A stretch of 59,658 bases of DNA, taken from an uncultured Rhodospirillaceae bacterium. Its GTDB lineage: Bacteria > Pseudomonadota > Alphaproteobacteria > Rhodospirillales > UBA2165. Position 1 is the stretch's first letter. Every line of letters starts with the position of its first letter. The notes below the pieces were generated by a model, which saw nothing but the letters and a program-made list of their open reading frames with translations, was not told where the DNA came from and did not search any database. The DNA lies in contig CAZUGT010000084.1 in NCBI GenBank assembly GCA_964620095.1, positions 1 to 59,658 on the forward strand, read 5' to 3'. Shown piece after piece: positions 46,937 through 55,188 of this stretch. Position numbers and translations under genes: made by a program.

Positions 46937-47033
46937 CGGCCCGGCGTTGTTCCGGCCGGCCGGTGCGATTAATCTGCCGGGCGGACGGCTCTTTCGAACA
47001 CGGCAAACGAGCCCGGCAAAGGGGGGCAAGGAC

Positions 47034-47891
47034 ATGCTGGACCAGGCGCAAGGCTATACCACCCGGGACATGGAGTATCTGCGGTTCGGCGACCGCGGGA
47101 TCGGCCTCAGGTTGTTCACGCCGGACGGGAAGGGACCCTTTCCCCTCGTCGTCGATATTCATGGCGGGGCCTGGAACATGAGTGATTTCAGGAGCTGCCA
47201 GGACCGGGACGAAGTGTTGGCCGGGGCCGGTCTCGCCGTGGCGGCCATCGATTTCCGCCAGGGACCGGACAAGTACCCGTCGTCCCTGGCCGATATCAAC
47301 TACGCGATCCGCTGGCTGAAGTCGAAGGCGGAGGCGTTCCATATCGATGCCGGGCGGGTCGGGATTTCCGGCCAGTCGAGCGGCGGACATCTCGCCATGT
47401 TGGCCGCCATGCGGCCCGCCGATCCCCGCTATACGGAGCTTCCCGTGGAGGGCGCCGGTCCGGAGATCGATGCGGCAGTCCGCTGCGCGGGGGTGTGCTG
47501 GCCGGTGATCAACCCCCTGTCCCGATACCGCCATGCCGTCCGGACCATTGAAAGCGGCGAGAACGCCGATTGGGCCGGGGAGCTGCCGGAGTTTCACCAC
47601 ATCTATTGGGGGACAGAGGAGGCGATGGAGGAAGGCAATCCGATGCTGGCTCTGGAGCGGGGCGAGGACGTGGAGACGCCGCCCGCCATGTGGGTTCAAG
47701 GGCGGCCGGATATCGTGCACGACTACCGGGACCTGTCCTCCGGCGCCGCGCTGAACGAGCCGGAGCGGTTCGCCGCCAACTACCGCGCCGCCGGCGGCGA
47801 GATCGAGGTGGTGTACGTCGAGCAGGCGCGCCGCGGAACCGAAACGTCGTGGAACCCGCTGGCCGAATTCTTTCTTGAACATTTGGGGTGA
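47034..47891 (+). CDS. Alpha/beta hydrolase-fold esterase (HGG / GxSxG type)
   Basis: Start MLDQAQGY within ORF 46947..47891. Contains VDIHGGAW (oxyanion HGG) and GQSSGGHLA (nucleophile elbow). Confidence 0.75.
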   Translation: MLDQAQGYTTRDMEYLRFGDRGIGLRLFTPDGKGPFPLVVDIHGGAWNMSDFRSCQDRDEVLAGAGLAVAAIDFRQGPDKYPSSLADINYAIRWLKSKAEAFHIDAGRVGISGQSSGGHLAMLAAMRPADPRYTELPVEGAGPEIDAAVRCAGVCWPVINPLSRYRHAVRTIESGENADWAGELPEFHHIYWGTEEAMEEGNPMLALERGEDVETPPAMWVQGRPDIVHDYRDLSSGAALNEPERFAANYRAAGGEIEVVYVEQARRGTETSWNPLAEFFLEHLG

Positions 47892-47937
47892 AAGCCATGA
47901 AATTGAACCAGCCGCTCGTGCGCAGGGACCCGAAGAC

Positions 47938-49080
47938 ATGGTGAAGGGTCCGTTCCGCGCCGATCACGTCGGCAGCCTGCTGCGTCCGCCGGAGCTTCTC
48001 GAGGCCCGCGAGCGATTCAAGAACGGTGAGGCGGATGCCGGCGCCCTTCGCGAGGTCGAGGACCGGCTGATCCGCCGTGCGGTAAAGCTGGAGGAGGAGA
48101 CCGGCATCCAGTCGGTGACCGACGGCGATTACCGCCGCGAATCCTGGTCCAACGATTTCCTGGACGCCATCGAAGGCGTGAAGAGCGCCTCGCCGCCGTC
48201 CCAGCGTTCCGGCGATCACCACACGACCGAGGTCGGCGGCGTGGTGACGACCTTCAAGCTCCCTGCGCCGACCACTTACGGCAGACTGGGCTGGCCGGCG
48301 GACGGCATTCAGCGCGGTTCGTTCAACTTCCTCAAGGGCGAAACCTCCCGCACGCCCAAGGTCACCATGCCGTCGGTGAGCATGCTGCATTTTCGCGGCG
48401 GCCGGGGCGGCGTTTCCGAGGAAGCCTATCCGGACATGGAGGAATTCTTCGCCGATGCCTCCGGGATTTGGCGCGCGGAAATTCTCGACCTCGCGGCGCA
48501 GGGCTGCCGCTACGTGCAGCTCGACGACACCAACCTCGCCTACCTCTGCGACGACCGGCTGCGGGAAAACGTGCGCGAGCTGGGCGAGGACCCGGACGAA
48601 CTGCCCCACCTCTATGCCCGGCTGATCAACGATGCCATCGCCGGCCGGCCGGACGATATGGCCGTCACAATTCACCTCTGTCGGGGCAACTCCTTCAGCC
48701 GGGGCCACGCCGAGGGCGGGTACGAACATGTGGCCGAGGCGATCTTCAACGAGGTCGAGGTGGACGGGTTCTTCCTCGAATATGACGACGAGCGCTCGGG
48801 CGGGTTCGAGCCGCTGCGTTTCGTTCCCAAGGGACCCGGCGGGCCCAAAATCGTCCTCGGCATCGTCACCTCCAAGTTCGGCGAACTGGAGGACAAGGAC
48901 GGCCTCAAACGCCGCCTCGACGAAGCCGCCCGGTACATGCCCCCGGAACAGATGTGCCTCTCGCCTCAATGCGGGTTTGCCAGCCACACGGGCGGCAACC
49001 TGCTGAGCGAGGAACAGCAATGGGCCAAGCTCCGCCATTGCGTCGAAGTGGCCGAAGAGGTTTGGGGCACCGCGATCTAG
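47938..49080 (+). CDS. MetE-like protein, catalytic domain only, paralog 4
   Basis: Start MVKGPFRADHVGSLLRP within ORF 47875..49080. Contains VTDGDYRR, IHLCRGN and SPQCGFAS. Shares long identical blocks with paralog 1 (VDGFFLEYDDERSGGFEPLRFVP). Confidence 0.8.
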   Translation: MVKGPFRADHVGSLLRPPELLEARERFKNGEADAGALREVEDRLIRRAVKLEEETGIQSVTDGDYRRESWSNDFLDAIEGVKSASPPSQRSGDHHTTEVGGVVTTFKLPAPTTYGRLGWPADGIQRGSFNFLKGETSRTPKVTMPSVSMLHFRGGRGGVSEEAYPDMEEFFADASGIWRAEILDLAAQGCRYVQLDDTNLAYLCDDRLRENVRELGEDPDELPHLYARLINDAIAGRPDDMAVTIHLCRGNSFSRGHAEGGYEHVAEAIFNEVEVDGFFLEYDDERSGGFEPLRFVPKGPGGPKIVLGIVTSKFGELEDKDGLKRRLDEAARYMPPEQMCLSPQCGFASHTGGNLLSEEQQWAKLRHCVEVAEEVWGTAI

Positions 49081-49128
49081 GCCATTCCCCCGATTCGGTA
49101 AGCTGGAGAAATAGACTGGAGGGACAGC

Positions 49129-49749
49129 GTGGAGTTCTTCGCCTGGGGGGTGAACCATCCGGGAGTCGCCGACAAGCGCTCGGCGATCATCCGCGAACAC
49201 TGGGACTTCATCGACCGCTACAAGGACAGGCTGATCGCGCGGGGACCGGTGCTCGATCCCGGCGACCCGTCGCGGGTCACCGGCTCCATCCATATCGCGG
49301 AGCTCGATGACTGGCGGGAGGCCCGGCGCTTCGTTCATGAGGAGCCGTTCCACCAAGCCGGTTTGTTCGAGCACGTGCTCATCCGGCGTTTCGAGCTGGA
49401 ACTCGGCCGCACGCAGTTCGAATTCGAGAGCGCGGGCGGTCTGCCCCGCTTCTTCATCTATTGCCCCGCGGCCCCCGGCAACGAGGCCGGCCGGGAGCGG
49501 GCCGCCGGCGAATACGGCGCCTATTGCGCCGGGTTCGATGCGAATTTCCTGTGCCGCGGCGCGCTGCTCGACGACCGGGGCGGCTGGGCCGGCAGCATCT
49601 ATTTGATGGAGATGGCGGACACGGACGCCGTCGACGGATTCCTGGAAGGCGAGCCCTACCGCGAGGCCGCGCTCTATGGCGGCGTGGAGGTCCACCGGTG
49701 GACCCCGGGCGGGCCCGAAAACCTCAACCGGCAGGGCGAGCTTGCCTGA
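49129..49749 (+). CDS. Tandem YciI-like (YCII) two-domain protein
   Basis: 206 aa with a GTG start. Two ~95-aa halves each have the YciI-like pattern (...GPVLD...GSIHIAELDDWREARRFVHEEPFHQAGLFE... and ...GALLDD...GSIYLMEMADTDAVDGFLEGEPYREAALY...). Confidence 0.6.
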   Translation: MEFFAWGVNHPGVADKRSAIIREHWDFIDRYKDRLIARGPVLDPGDPSRVTGSIHIAELDDWREARRFVHEEPFHQAGLFEHVLIRRFELELGRTQFEFESAGGLPRFFIYCPAAPGNEAGRERAAGEYGAYCAGFDANFLCRGALLDDRGGWAGSIYLMEMADTDAVDGFLEGEPYREAALYGGVEVHRWTPGGPENLNRQGELA

Positions 49750-49777
49750 GGGCCCGTGACCCCGATAACCTGCCCGT

Positions 49778-51073
49778 ATGCCGCCGCCGCTGGAAACGCT
49801 CCCGCCGGGATTTCCGCCCATCGAGGTCAAGGTCTGCCAAGCCTCCCGGCGCGAGCCCGGCTACATGATTCTTTCCCTCGGCCGGGGCACCCGCGCCGTC
49901 CAGCAGAGATCCGACTTCGAAGCCCTGGTCGCCCTCGACCGGGAGGGCCGGCCGGTCTGGTGCCGGCAGTTCGCCTCGTCGGTGATGGATGTGAAGCGCA
50001 CGCCCCGCAATACGCTGCTGGCGGTCACCACGGACGGTTGCATCCAGGAGATCGACACGGGCGGGGCCACCTTGCGAAAGTGGAGCACGCCGGGCGCGTC
50101 GCCGGCACTGGCGGGCAATGAAATCCCGGTCGACACCCTCTATTTCCATCATGCGGTCCGCGAGCTGCCCGATGGAAGTCTGGCGGCGCTCTCCATTTCC
50201 GCCCGCGAATTCGATGACTACCCTCTCAGCCTGAAGGACCGCGAAGCCGGCCGGGGAAAACGCAAACTGGTGGCCGATGTGCTGGTCGAATTCACCCCCG
50301 ACGGCGAGGTGGTCCGCGCCCACGATTTTTTCGACATTCTCGATTCGCGCCGGACCGCCTACGGACTGGACGCCCCGTTCTGGACCGTTTGCGGCGTGGT
50401 GCCCGGCGGCGCCGACCTGACCCATGCCAACGGTCTCGTCCACGACCCCGCCGACGACAGCTTCATCGTCACGGTCCGCCACCAGGATTGTCTGATCAAG
50501 ATCGACCGGGCGACCGGCGCGCTGAAATGGATCCTGGGCGCGCCGGAGGGCTGGACCGGGGACTGGGCGGACAAGGTGCTCGAGCCGATGGGCGAAACGT
50601 CGTGGCACTGGCATTCCCACGATCCGAGCATCATGGCCGACGGATCGGTCCTGCTGTTCGACAACGGCGAGAGCGGCGCCTTCCCGCCGGCGCCGCCCCG
50701 CGACCTCGACGACTGCGTTTCGCGCGCCATCGCCTACCGCGTGGACGAGGCGGCGGGCACGGTGGAGCAGGTATGGTCCTTCGGCGGTCCGGAACACGGG
50801 ACGCCGTACTCCATGTACATCAGCGGCGCCTATGAACTGCCGGCGACCGGCAATGTCTTCGTCACCTTCGGCGGCATCATCCTGGGCCCCGGCGGCGAGC
50901 GGGTCCACCTGCCGCCGGCGGGCCACGGCTCGGCGGAAATCTACGAGGTCACCCGCGCGGACGATCCGGAAATTCTGTTCCACGCCGCGATCGACAACCG
51001 CCACACCGACGAGGAGGTCGGCTGGGGGGTCTTCCGCGCCGAATGGGTGCCGGAGGATTTCTTCGGCGGCTAG
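49778..51073 (+). CDS. Arylsulfotransferase (ASST)-family beta-propeller protein without recognisable signal peptide
   Basis: 431 aa. FHHAVRELPDG, THANGLVHDP, VTVRHQDCLIKIDRATGALKWILG and WHWHSHDPS resemble ASST motifs. The N-terminus MPPPLETLPPGFPPIEVKV is not hydrophobic. Confidence 0.65.
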   Translation: MPPPLETLPPGFPPIEVKVCQASRREPGYMILSLGRGTRAVQQRSDFEALVALDREGRPVWCRQFASSVMDVKRTPRNTLLAVTTDGCIQEIDTGGATLRKWSTPGASPALAGNEIPVDTLYFHHAVRELPDGSLAALSISAREFDDYPLSLKDREAGRGKRKLVADVLVEFTPDGEVVRAHDFFDILDSRRTAYGLDAPFWTVCGVVPGGADLTHANGLVHDPADDSFIVTVRHQDCLIKIDRATGALKWILGAPEGWTGDWADKVLEPMGETSWHWHSHDPSIMADGSVLLFDNGESGAFPPAPPRDLDDCVSRAIAYRVDEAAGTVEQVWSFGGPEHGTPYSMYISGAYELPATGNVFVTFGGIILGPGGERVHLPPAGHGSAEIYEVTRADDPEILFHAAIDNRHTDEEVGWGVFRAEWVPEDFFGG

Positions 51074-51127
51074 GGGCCGTCATCCTCCGCTTGTCCCGGC
51101 CCCTCCGGTCTGACAGAACCGTCGGCG

Positions 51128-52015
51128 ATGAAACTGCTGCTCAACAACGGCTATTTGATGATCGTGATCACCGCGATCGCGTGGTCGGGCAACTCCATCG
51201 CCGCCCGCGCCGTCCATGAGGCGGTGCCGCCCATCGGCCTCGCGTTCTGGCGCTGGGCGGCCACGGTGCCCATCTTCCTGGTCCTCGCCTGGCCCCATTT
51301 GAGACGGGATATCCCGGAGGCTATCGCCAACTGGAAAATCCTCGTGGTGCTGAGCGTGCTGTCGGTGAGCGTCTATAATTCGTTCCTCTACATCGGCCTC
51401 AATTCGACGACGGCGACCAACTCGTTCCTGATCAACACCTCCCGCCCCGTGATCATCGTGATCCTGTCGCTGATCGTCCTGCGGCTCGCGGTCACCGGCC
51501 AACAGGCCGCCGGGCTGGCGCTCGGCCTGGTCGGCACCGCGGTGATCGTGGCCCGGGGCGATCCAGGCGTCGTCGCGGCGCTGGATTTCGTGCCCGGCGA
51601 TCTGTGGGTCCTGGCGGCGACCGTCTCCTGGGCGCTGTACACGGTCTATCTGCGCAAGCGCCCCAAGATCCGTCTCGCCAGTTTCATGTTCCTGACCGCA
51701 ATCATCGGCCTCGCCGTGCTGGCGCCGTTCTATTGGTGGGAGCATGTCTACGTCCGCCCCGTGCCCCTGGCCCCCGAGACCTTCTGGGCGGTGGCCTATC
51801 TTTCCGTCGTCGCCTCGGTGATCGCCTATATGGCCTACAACCGGGCGGTGGAAATCCTGGGCCCCAACGTGGCCGGCCTGACGTCCTATCTGCTGCCGGT
51901 GTTCGGCGTCACCTTGGCGATCCTGCTGTTGGGCGAGAGCTTCCGGCTGTTCCACGCCGCCGGTATCGCCCTGCTGCTCACCGGCGTCTATCTGGCGACC
52001 AAGGCCAAGGGGTAG
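51128..52015 (+). CDS. DMT-superfamily (EamA) transporter
   Basis: 295 aa with 10 predicted TM segments and two EamA repeats (ITAIAWSGNSIAARA...). Confidence 0.85.
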   Translation: MKLLLNNGYLMIVITAIAWSGNSIAARAVHEAVPPIGLAFWRWAATVPIFLVLAWPHLRRDIPEAIANWKILVVLSVLSVSVYNSFLYIGLNSTTATNSFLINTSRPVIIVILSLIVLRLAVTGQQAAGLALGLVGTAVIVARGDPGVVAALDFVPGDLWVLAATVSWALYTVYLRKRPKIRLASFMFLTAIIGLAVLAPFYWWEHVYVRPVPLAPETFWAVAYLSVVASVIAYMAYNRAVEILGPNVAGLTSYLLPVFGVTLAILLLGESFRLFHAAGIALLLTGVYLATKAKG

Positions 52016-52027
52016 TATAAGCCCCGC

Positions 52028-52819
52028 ATGCCGAATACTTCCAAAGACCTGATCCTCACCGAGCGCGACGGCGCCGTCGCCACCGTCATCCTCAACCGGG
52101 CGGACAAGCTCAACGCCCTGAACAGGGAGATGTGGGCGGGCGTCGGCAAGGCTTTCCGGGCTCTCGACGGCGACGAGACGATCCGCTGCGTCATCCTCAG
52201 GGGCGCCGGCGAGACGGCCATGGGGCCCGGCGCCGACATCGCCGAGTTCGCCGAGGCGCGGAGCAATGCGGAACAGGCGGCGGAGTACGGCGGGCTGATG
52301 CACGCGGCCATGCAGGCGATCCGCGACTGCCGTCATCCGACGGTGGCGCAGATCCACGGGCTCTGCGTCGGCGGCGCGCTCGAACTGGCTCTGTCGTGCG
52401 ATATCCGCATTTGCGGCGAGGGCTCCCGGTTCGGCATTCCCGTCAACCGGCTGGGTCTGGTGATGGCCCATCCGGAGATCGAGGCGCTGGTCGGCCTGGT
52501 CGGCCGCTCGACGGCGCTGGAAATACTCTATGAGGGCCGGGTGTTCGATGCCGCCGAAGCCAGGGACAAGGGCCTGGTGAACCGGGTGGTGGCCGACGAC
52601 CGGGTCGCCGGCGAGGCCCGGGATGCCGCCGGGCGCATCGCCGGGGGCGCGCCCCTGGTCAACCGCTGGCACAAGAAATTCGTCGACCGCATCCTCGCCG
52701 GCGGCGAATTGTCGGCGGAAGAAGCGGCGGAGGGCTTCGCCTGCTTCGATACGGACGACTTCAAGGAGGGCGTCCGCGCCTTCCTCGCCAAGGACAAGCC
52801 GGACTTCAAGGGCGAATAG
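52028..52819 (+). CDS. Enoyl-CoA hydratase/isomerase (crotonase) family protein
   Basis: 263 aa. VATVILNRADKLNAL...ILRGAG...GADI...GLCVGGALELALSCDIR. Confidence 0.85.
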   Translation: MPNTSKDLILTERDGAVATVILNRADKLNALNREMWAGVGKAFRALDGDETIRCVILRGAGETAMGPGADIAEFAEARSNAEQAAEYGGLMHAAMQAIRDCRHPTVAQIHGLCVGGALELALSCDIRICGEGSRFGIPVNRLGLVMAHPEIEALVGLVGRSTALEILYEGRVFDAAEARDKGLVNRVVADDRVAGEARDAAGRIAGGAPLVNRWHKKFVDRILAGGELSAEEAAEGFACFDTDDFKEGVRAFLAKDKPDFKGE

Positions 52820-52830
52820 GGGCGAGCAGC

Positions 52831-54027
52831 ATGGGCGGCCTGCTGGACGGTATCCGGGTGATCGAGCTCAGCCACGTGATGGCCGCCCCCACCTGCGGGC
52901 TGCATCTCACCGACATGGGCGCCGACGTGATCAAGGTCGAGCGGCTGCCGGACGGCGACACCGTTCGCCGGAACGGGCCGTTCGTCGACGGCGAGTCCGC
53001 CGGGTTCGCGATGATGAACCGGGGCAAGCGGGGCGTGGCGCTGGATCTCCGCTCCGGCGAAGGCCGCGCTATCCTGCGGCGGCTGGCGGACCGGGCGGAC
53101 GTGTTTATCGAGAACTACCGCCGGGGCGCCATGGAGCATTACGGCGTCGGCTGGGAGAGCGTCCGGGGGACCAACCCCCGGCTGGTCTATTGCACGGTCT
53201 CCGGTTACGGCGCGACCGGGCCGCTGGCCGGGCAGGGCGGCTTCGACTTGGTGGCCCAGGGGATGAGCGGGCTGATGAGCATCACCGGCGAGGGACCGGG
53301 CCGCCCGCCGGTCAAGGTCGGCGCGCCGGTGACCGACATCACCGCCGGGACGCTGGCCGCCATGGGAATCCTCGGCGCGCTGGTCGCCCGCGAGCGCACC
53401 GGCGAAGGGCAGTATGTGGACACGTCGCTCTACGAGGCTGGGATCATGCACACCTACTGGCAGTCGGCGATCTTCCTCAATTCCGGCGAGGTGCCGACGG
53501 CGATGGGCTCGGCCCATCCGATGATGGCGCCCTATCAGGCGTTCCCCACCGCCGACGGATGGATCAATGTGGGAAGCGCCAACCAGGGACTGTGGCTCAA
53601 GCTGGTCGAGATCCTGGGCGCGCCGGAACTGGCGGACGACGAGCGGTTCGCCGAGCCGCCGCAGCGGATCGAGAACCTGGACCGGCTGGTGGAAGTGCTG
53701 ACCCCCCTGTTCCGGGCCAAGACCACCGCCGAGTGGCAGGCGCTGCTCGACGGGGCGGGCATTCCCGCCGGACCGGTCTACGATGTCGCCGAGATGGCGG
53801 CCGATCCCCAGACCCGGGCCCGCGGCATGATCCGCGAGACCGAGACCCGTGAGGGCTCGGCCATGCGGGTGCTGGGCCATCCGGTGAAGTACTCCGCCGC
53901 CGAAACCCCGGTGCGGCGGCCGAGCCCGGCCCTCGGCGAGCACAACCGCGAGGTGCTTCTCGAGTTCGGCTACGGCGGCGCCGAAATCGACGCATTCGAG
54001 GCATCCGGCGCGATCGGCGGGGCGTGA
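52831..54027 (+). CDS. Family III CoA-transferase (CaiB/BaiF)
   Basis: 398 aa. LDGIRVIELSHVMAAPTCGLHLTDMGADVIKVE...SGYG..GP....GFDLVAQGMSGLMS. Confidence 0.85.
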   Translation: MGGLLDGIRVIELSHVMAAPTCGLHLTDMGADVIKVERLPDGDTVRRNGPFVDGESAGFAMMNRGKRGVALDLRSGEGRAILRRLADRADVFIENYRRGAMEHYGVGWESVRGTNPRLVYCTVSGYGATGPLAGQGGFDLVAQGMSGLMSITGEGPGRPPVKVGAPVTDITAGTLAAMGILGALVARERTGEGQYVDTSLYEAGIMHTYWQSAIFLNSGEVPTAMGSAHPMMAPYQAFPTADGWINVGSANQGLWLKLVEILGAPELADDERFAEPPQRIENLDRLVEVLTPLFRAKTTAEWQALLDGAGIPAGPVYDVAEMAADPQTRARGMIRETETREGSAMRVLGHPVKYSAAETPVRRPSPALGEHNREVLLEFGYGGAEIDAFEASGAIGGA

Positions 54028-54055
54028 CGGGTTTCACGTGGCGCGCCGCCTAAGC

Positions 54056-54180
54056 GTCATGGCCGGGCCCCAGACCCGGCCATCCACGTGGTCACCGGGT
54101 CAAGCCCGGTGATGACGGCCTAGTTTGTGTCCTATATCACCCTCAACCAAACTCTCTCCTCCTCGAAGGGGGAGAGGGAG
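54056..54180. repeat. Cluster of REP-like palindromic units ('PGHD'-type hairpins plus a CTC..TCGAAGGGGGAGAGGG hairpin)
   Basis: ATGGCCGGG (54059-54067) pairs with CCCGGCCAT (54075-54083). TCACCGGG (54092-54099) pairs with CCCGGTGA (54105-54112). An imperfect palindrome lies at 54152-54180. Confidence 0.55.
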
Positions 54181-54208
54181 TTTCGGCGCGTTCCCGGTTC
54201 AGCCCCGA

Positions 54209-54790
54209 TTATTCCGGCGCGTTCTTGCCGGCGGTGAAGGTAAAGCCGGTCTTCTCGAACTCGGCGGTGAGCCCCGGCTGGATCGCCTCGATCTGGTCGC
54301 GCGCCTTGACCGCGAAGTCGATGTCGTTGAGGTCATGGACCCCGCCGGAGATGATCACCTGCAGGATGCCTTCCTCGTCCGAGATGTTGCGGAACCCCCG
54401 GCAGACCCCCGGCGGCACGGAAATGGTGTCGTAGAGGCCGAGTTCCACCCGCTCGGCGCCGTCGTCGTTCCAATAGACCTCGAAGCGTCCCTTCATCACG
54501 GTGAAGGTCTCGTAGGTCTGGAGATGGGCGTGCAGCGACGGGCCGGTGCCGGGCGGGCAGACCGCATGGGTCATGGTGATGCCGCCGGCGCCGGTGATCG
54601 GCGCGGACGCATTGATCGGCGTGTCCAGGCCCTCATCCAGGCCGATGACACTCATCAGCTTCCGCGACCAGACGATGTCGGCGGCCTCCACGGGAATGCC
54701 GGTGTTCTTCTGGGCCTCCAGCGGCTCCAGGTCGTCGAACCGGGCGACCCGATCCTGCATCTCGGCGCCCGTAATCTCGATGGTGCGCAT
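54209..54790 (-). CDS. Cupin-domain protein
   Basis: Start MRTIEITGAEMQDRVARF within ORF 54209..54901. Cupin motifs PPGTGPSLHAHLQTYETFTVMKGRFEV and ISVPPGVCRGFRN. Confidence 0.7.
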   Translation of the reverse strand: MRTIEITGAEMQDRVARFDDLEPLEAQKNTGIPVEAADIVWSRKLMSVIGLDEGLDTPINASAPITGAGGITMTHAVCPPGTGPSLHAHLQTYETFTVMKGRFEVYWNDDGAERVELGLYDTISVPPGVCRGFRNISDEEGILQVIISGGVHDLNDIDFAVKARDQIEAIQPGLTAEFEKTGFTFTAGKNAPE

Positions 54791-54879
54791 CTCTTTCGCC
54801 TCCGGTGATTGCTTCTCACCGGAAGGGTGCCGCGATCCCGGCCGGAGATCAACCGTGTCGGATCGTGGTAGGATCGAGG

Positions 54880-55176
54880 ATGACCGAAACCGGCCGGGCA
54901 AAAATGCCGGCGCTCCCCGGCGGGCTGGCGCCCTACCACAGGACCCCGGTGTTCACGGCGGCAACGGTGCCGGCCGGCATAACCGGCGATCACAGAACCA
55001 AGCCCGGCGTCTGGGCGCTGATCCATGTGGTCCGCGGCTCGCTCCGCTACGAGATCGCGGAACGCGGCGAGGTCCAGGAACTGACGCCGGATCGGCCGGG
55101 CGTGGTCGAGCCCGAGACGTCCCACAAGGTCGCGCCGGAGGGCGGGGCCGAGTTCTTCGTCGAGTTCTGGCGGTAG
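54880..55176 (+). CDS. DUF1971 (TehB N-terminal-like) domain protein
   Basis: ORF 54805..55176. LPGGLAPYHRTPVFTAATVPAGITGDHRTKPGVWALIHVVRGSLRYEI...FFVEFW matches the DUF1971 pattern as I recall it. The start is 54880 or 54904. Confidence 0.65.
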   Translation: MTETGRAKMPALPGGLAPYHRTPVFTAATVPAGITGDHRTKPGVWALIHVVRGSLRYEIAERGEVQELTPDRPGVVEPETSHKVAPEGGAEFFVEFWR

Positions 55177-55188
55177 GCGCCGGCCGGA

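Noticed and set aside
35281-51073. Integrative genomic island, prophage or defence island
   Set aside because: I recognised no integrase, recombinase, tRNA attachment site, flanking direct repeats, phage structural genes, CRISPR repeats or known defence genes other than the TacAT pair. 'Accessory cluster' is as far as the sequence supports.
54031-54044. Second parS site (GTTTCACGTGGCGC)
   Set aside because: Only the left half-site matches, and the right arm is unrelated. Other CACGTG cores in the window (e.g. 39860, 31218, 32629) also match at most one arm.
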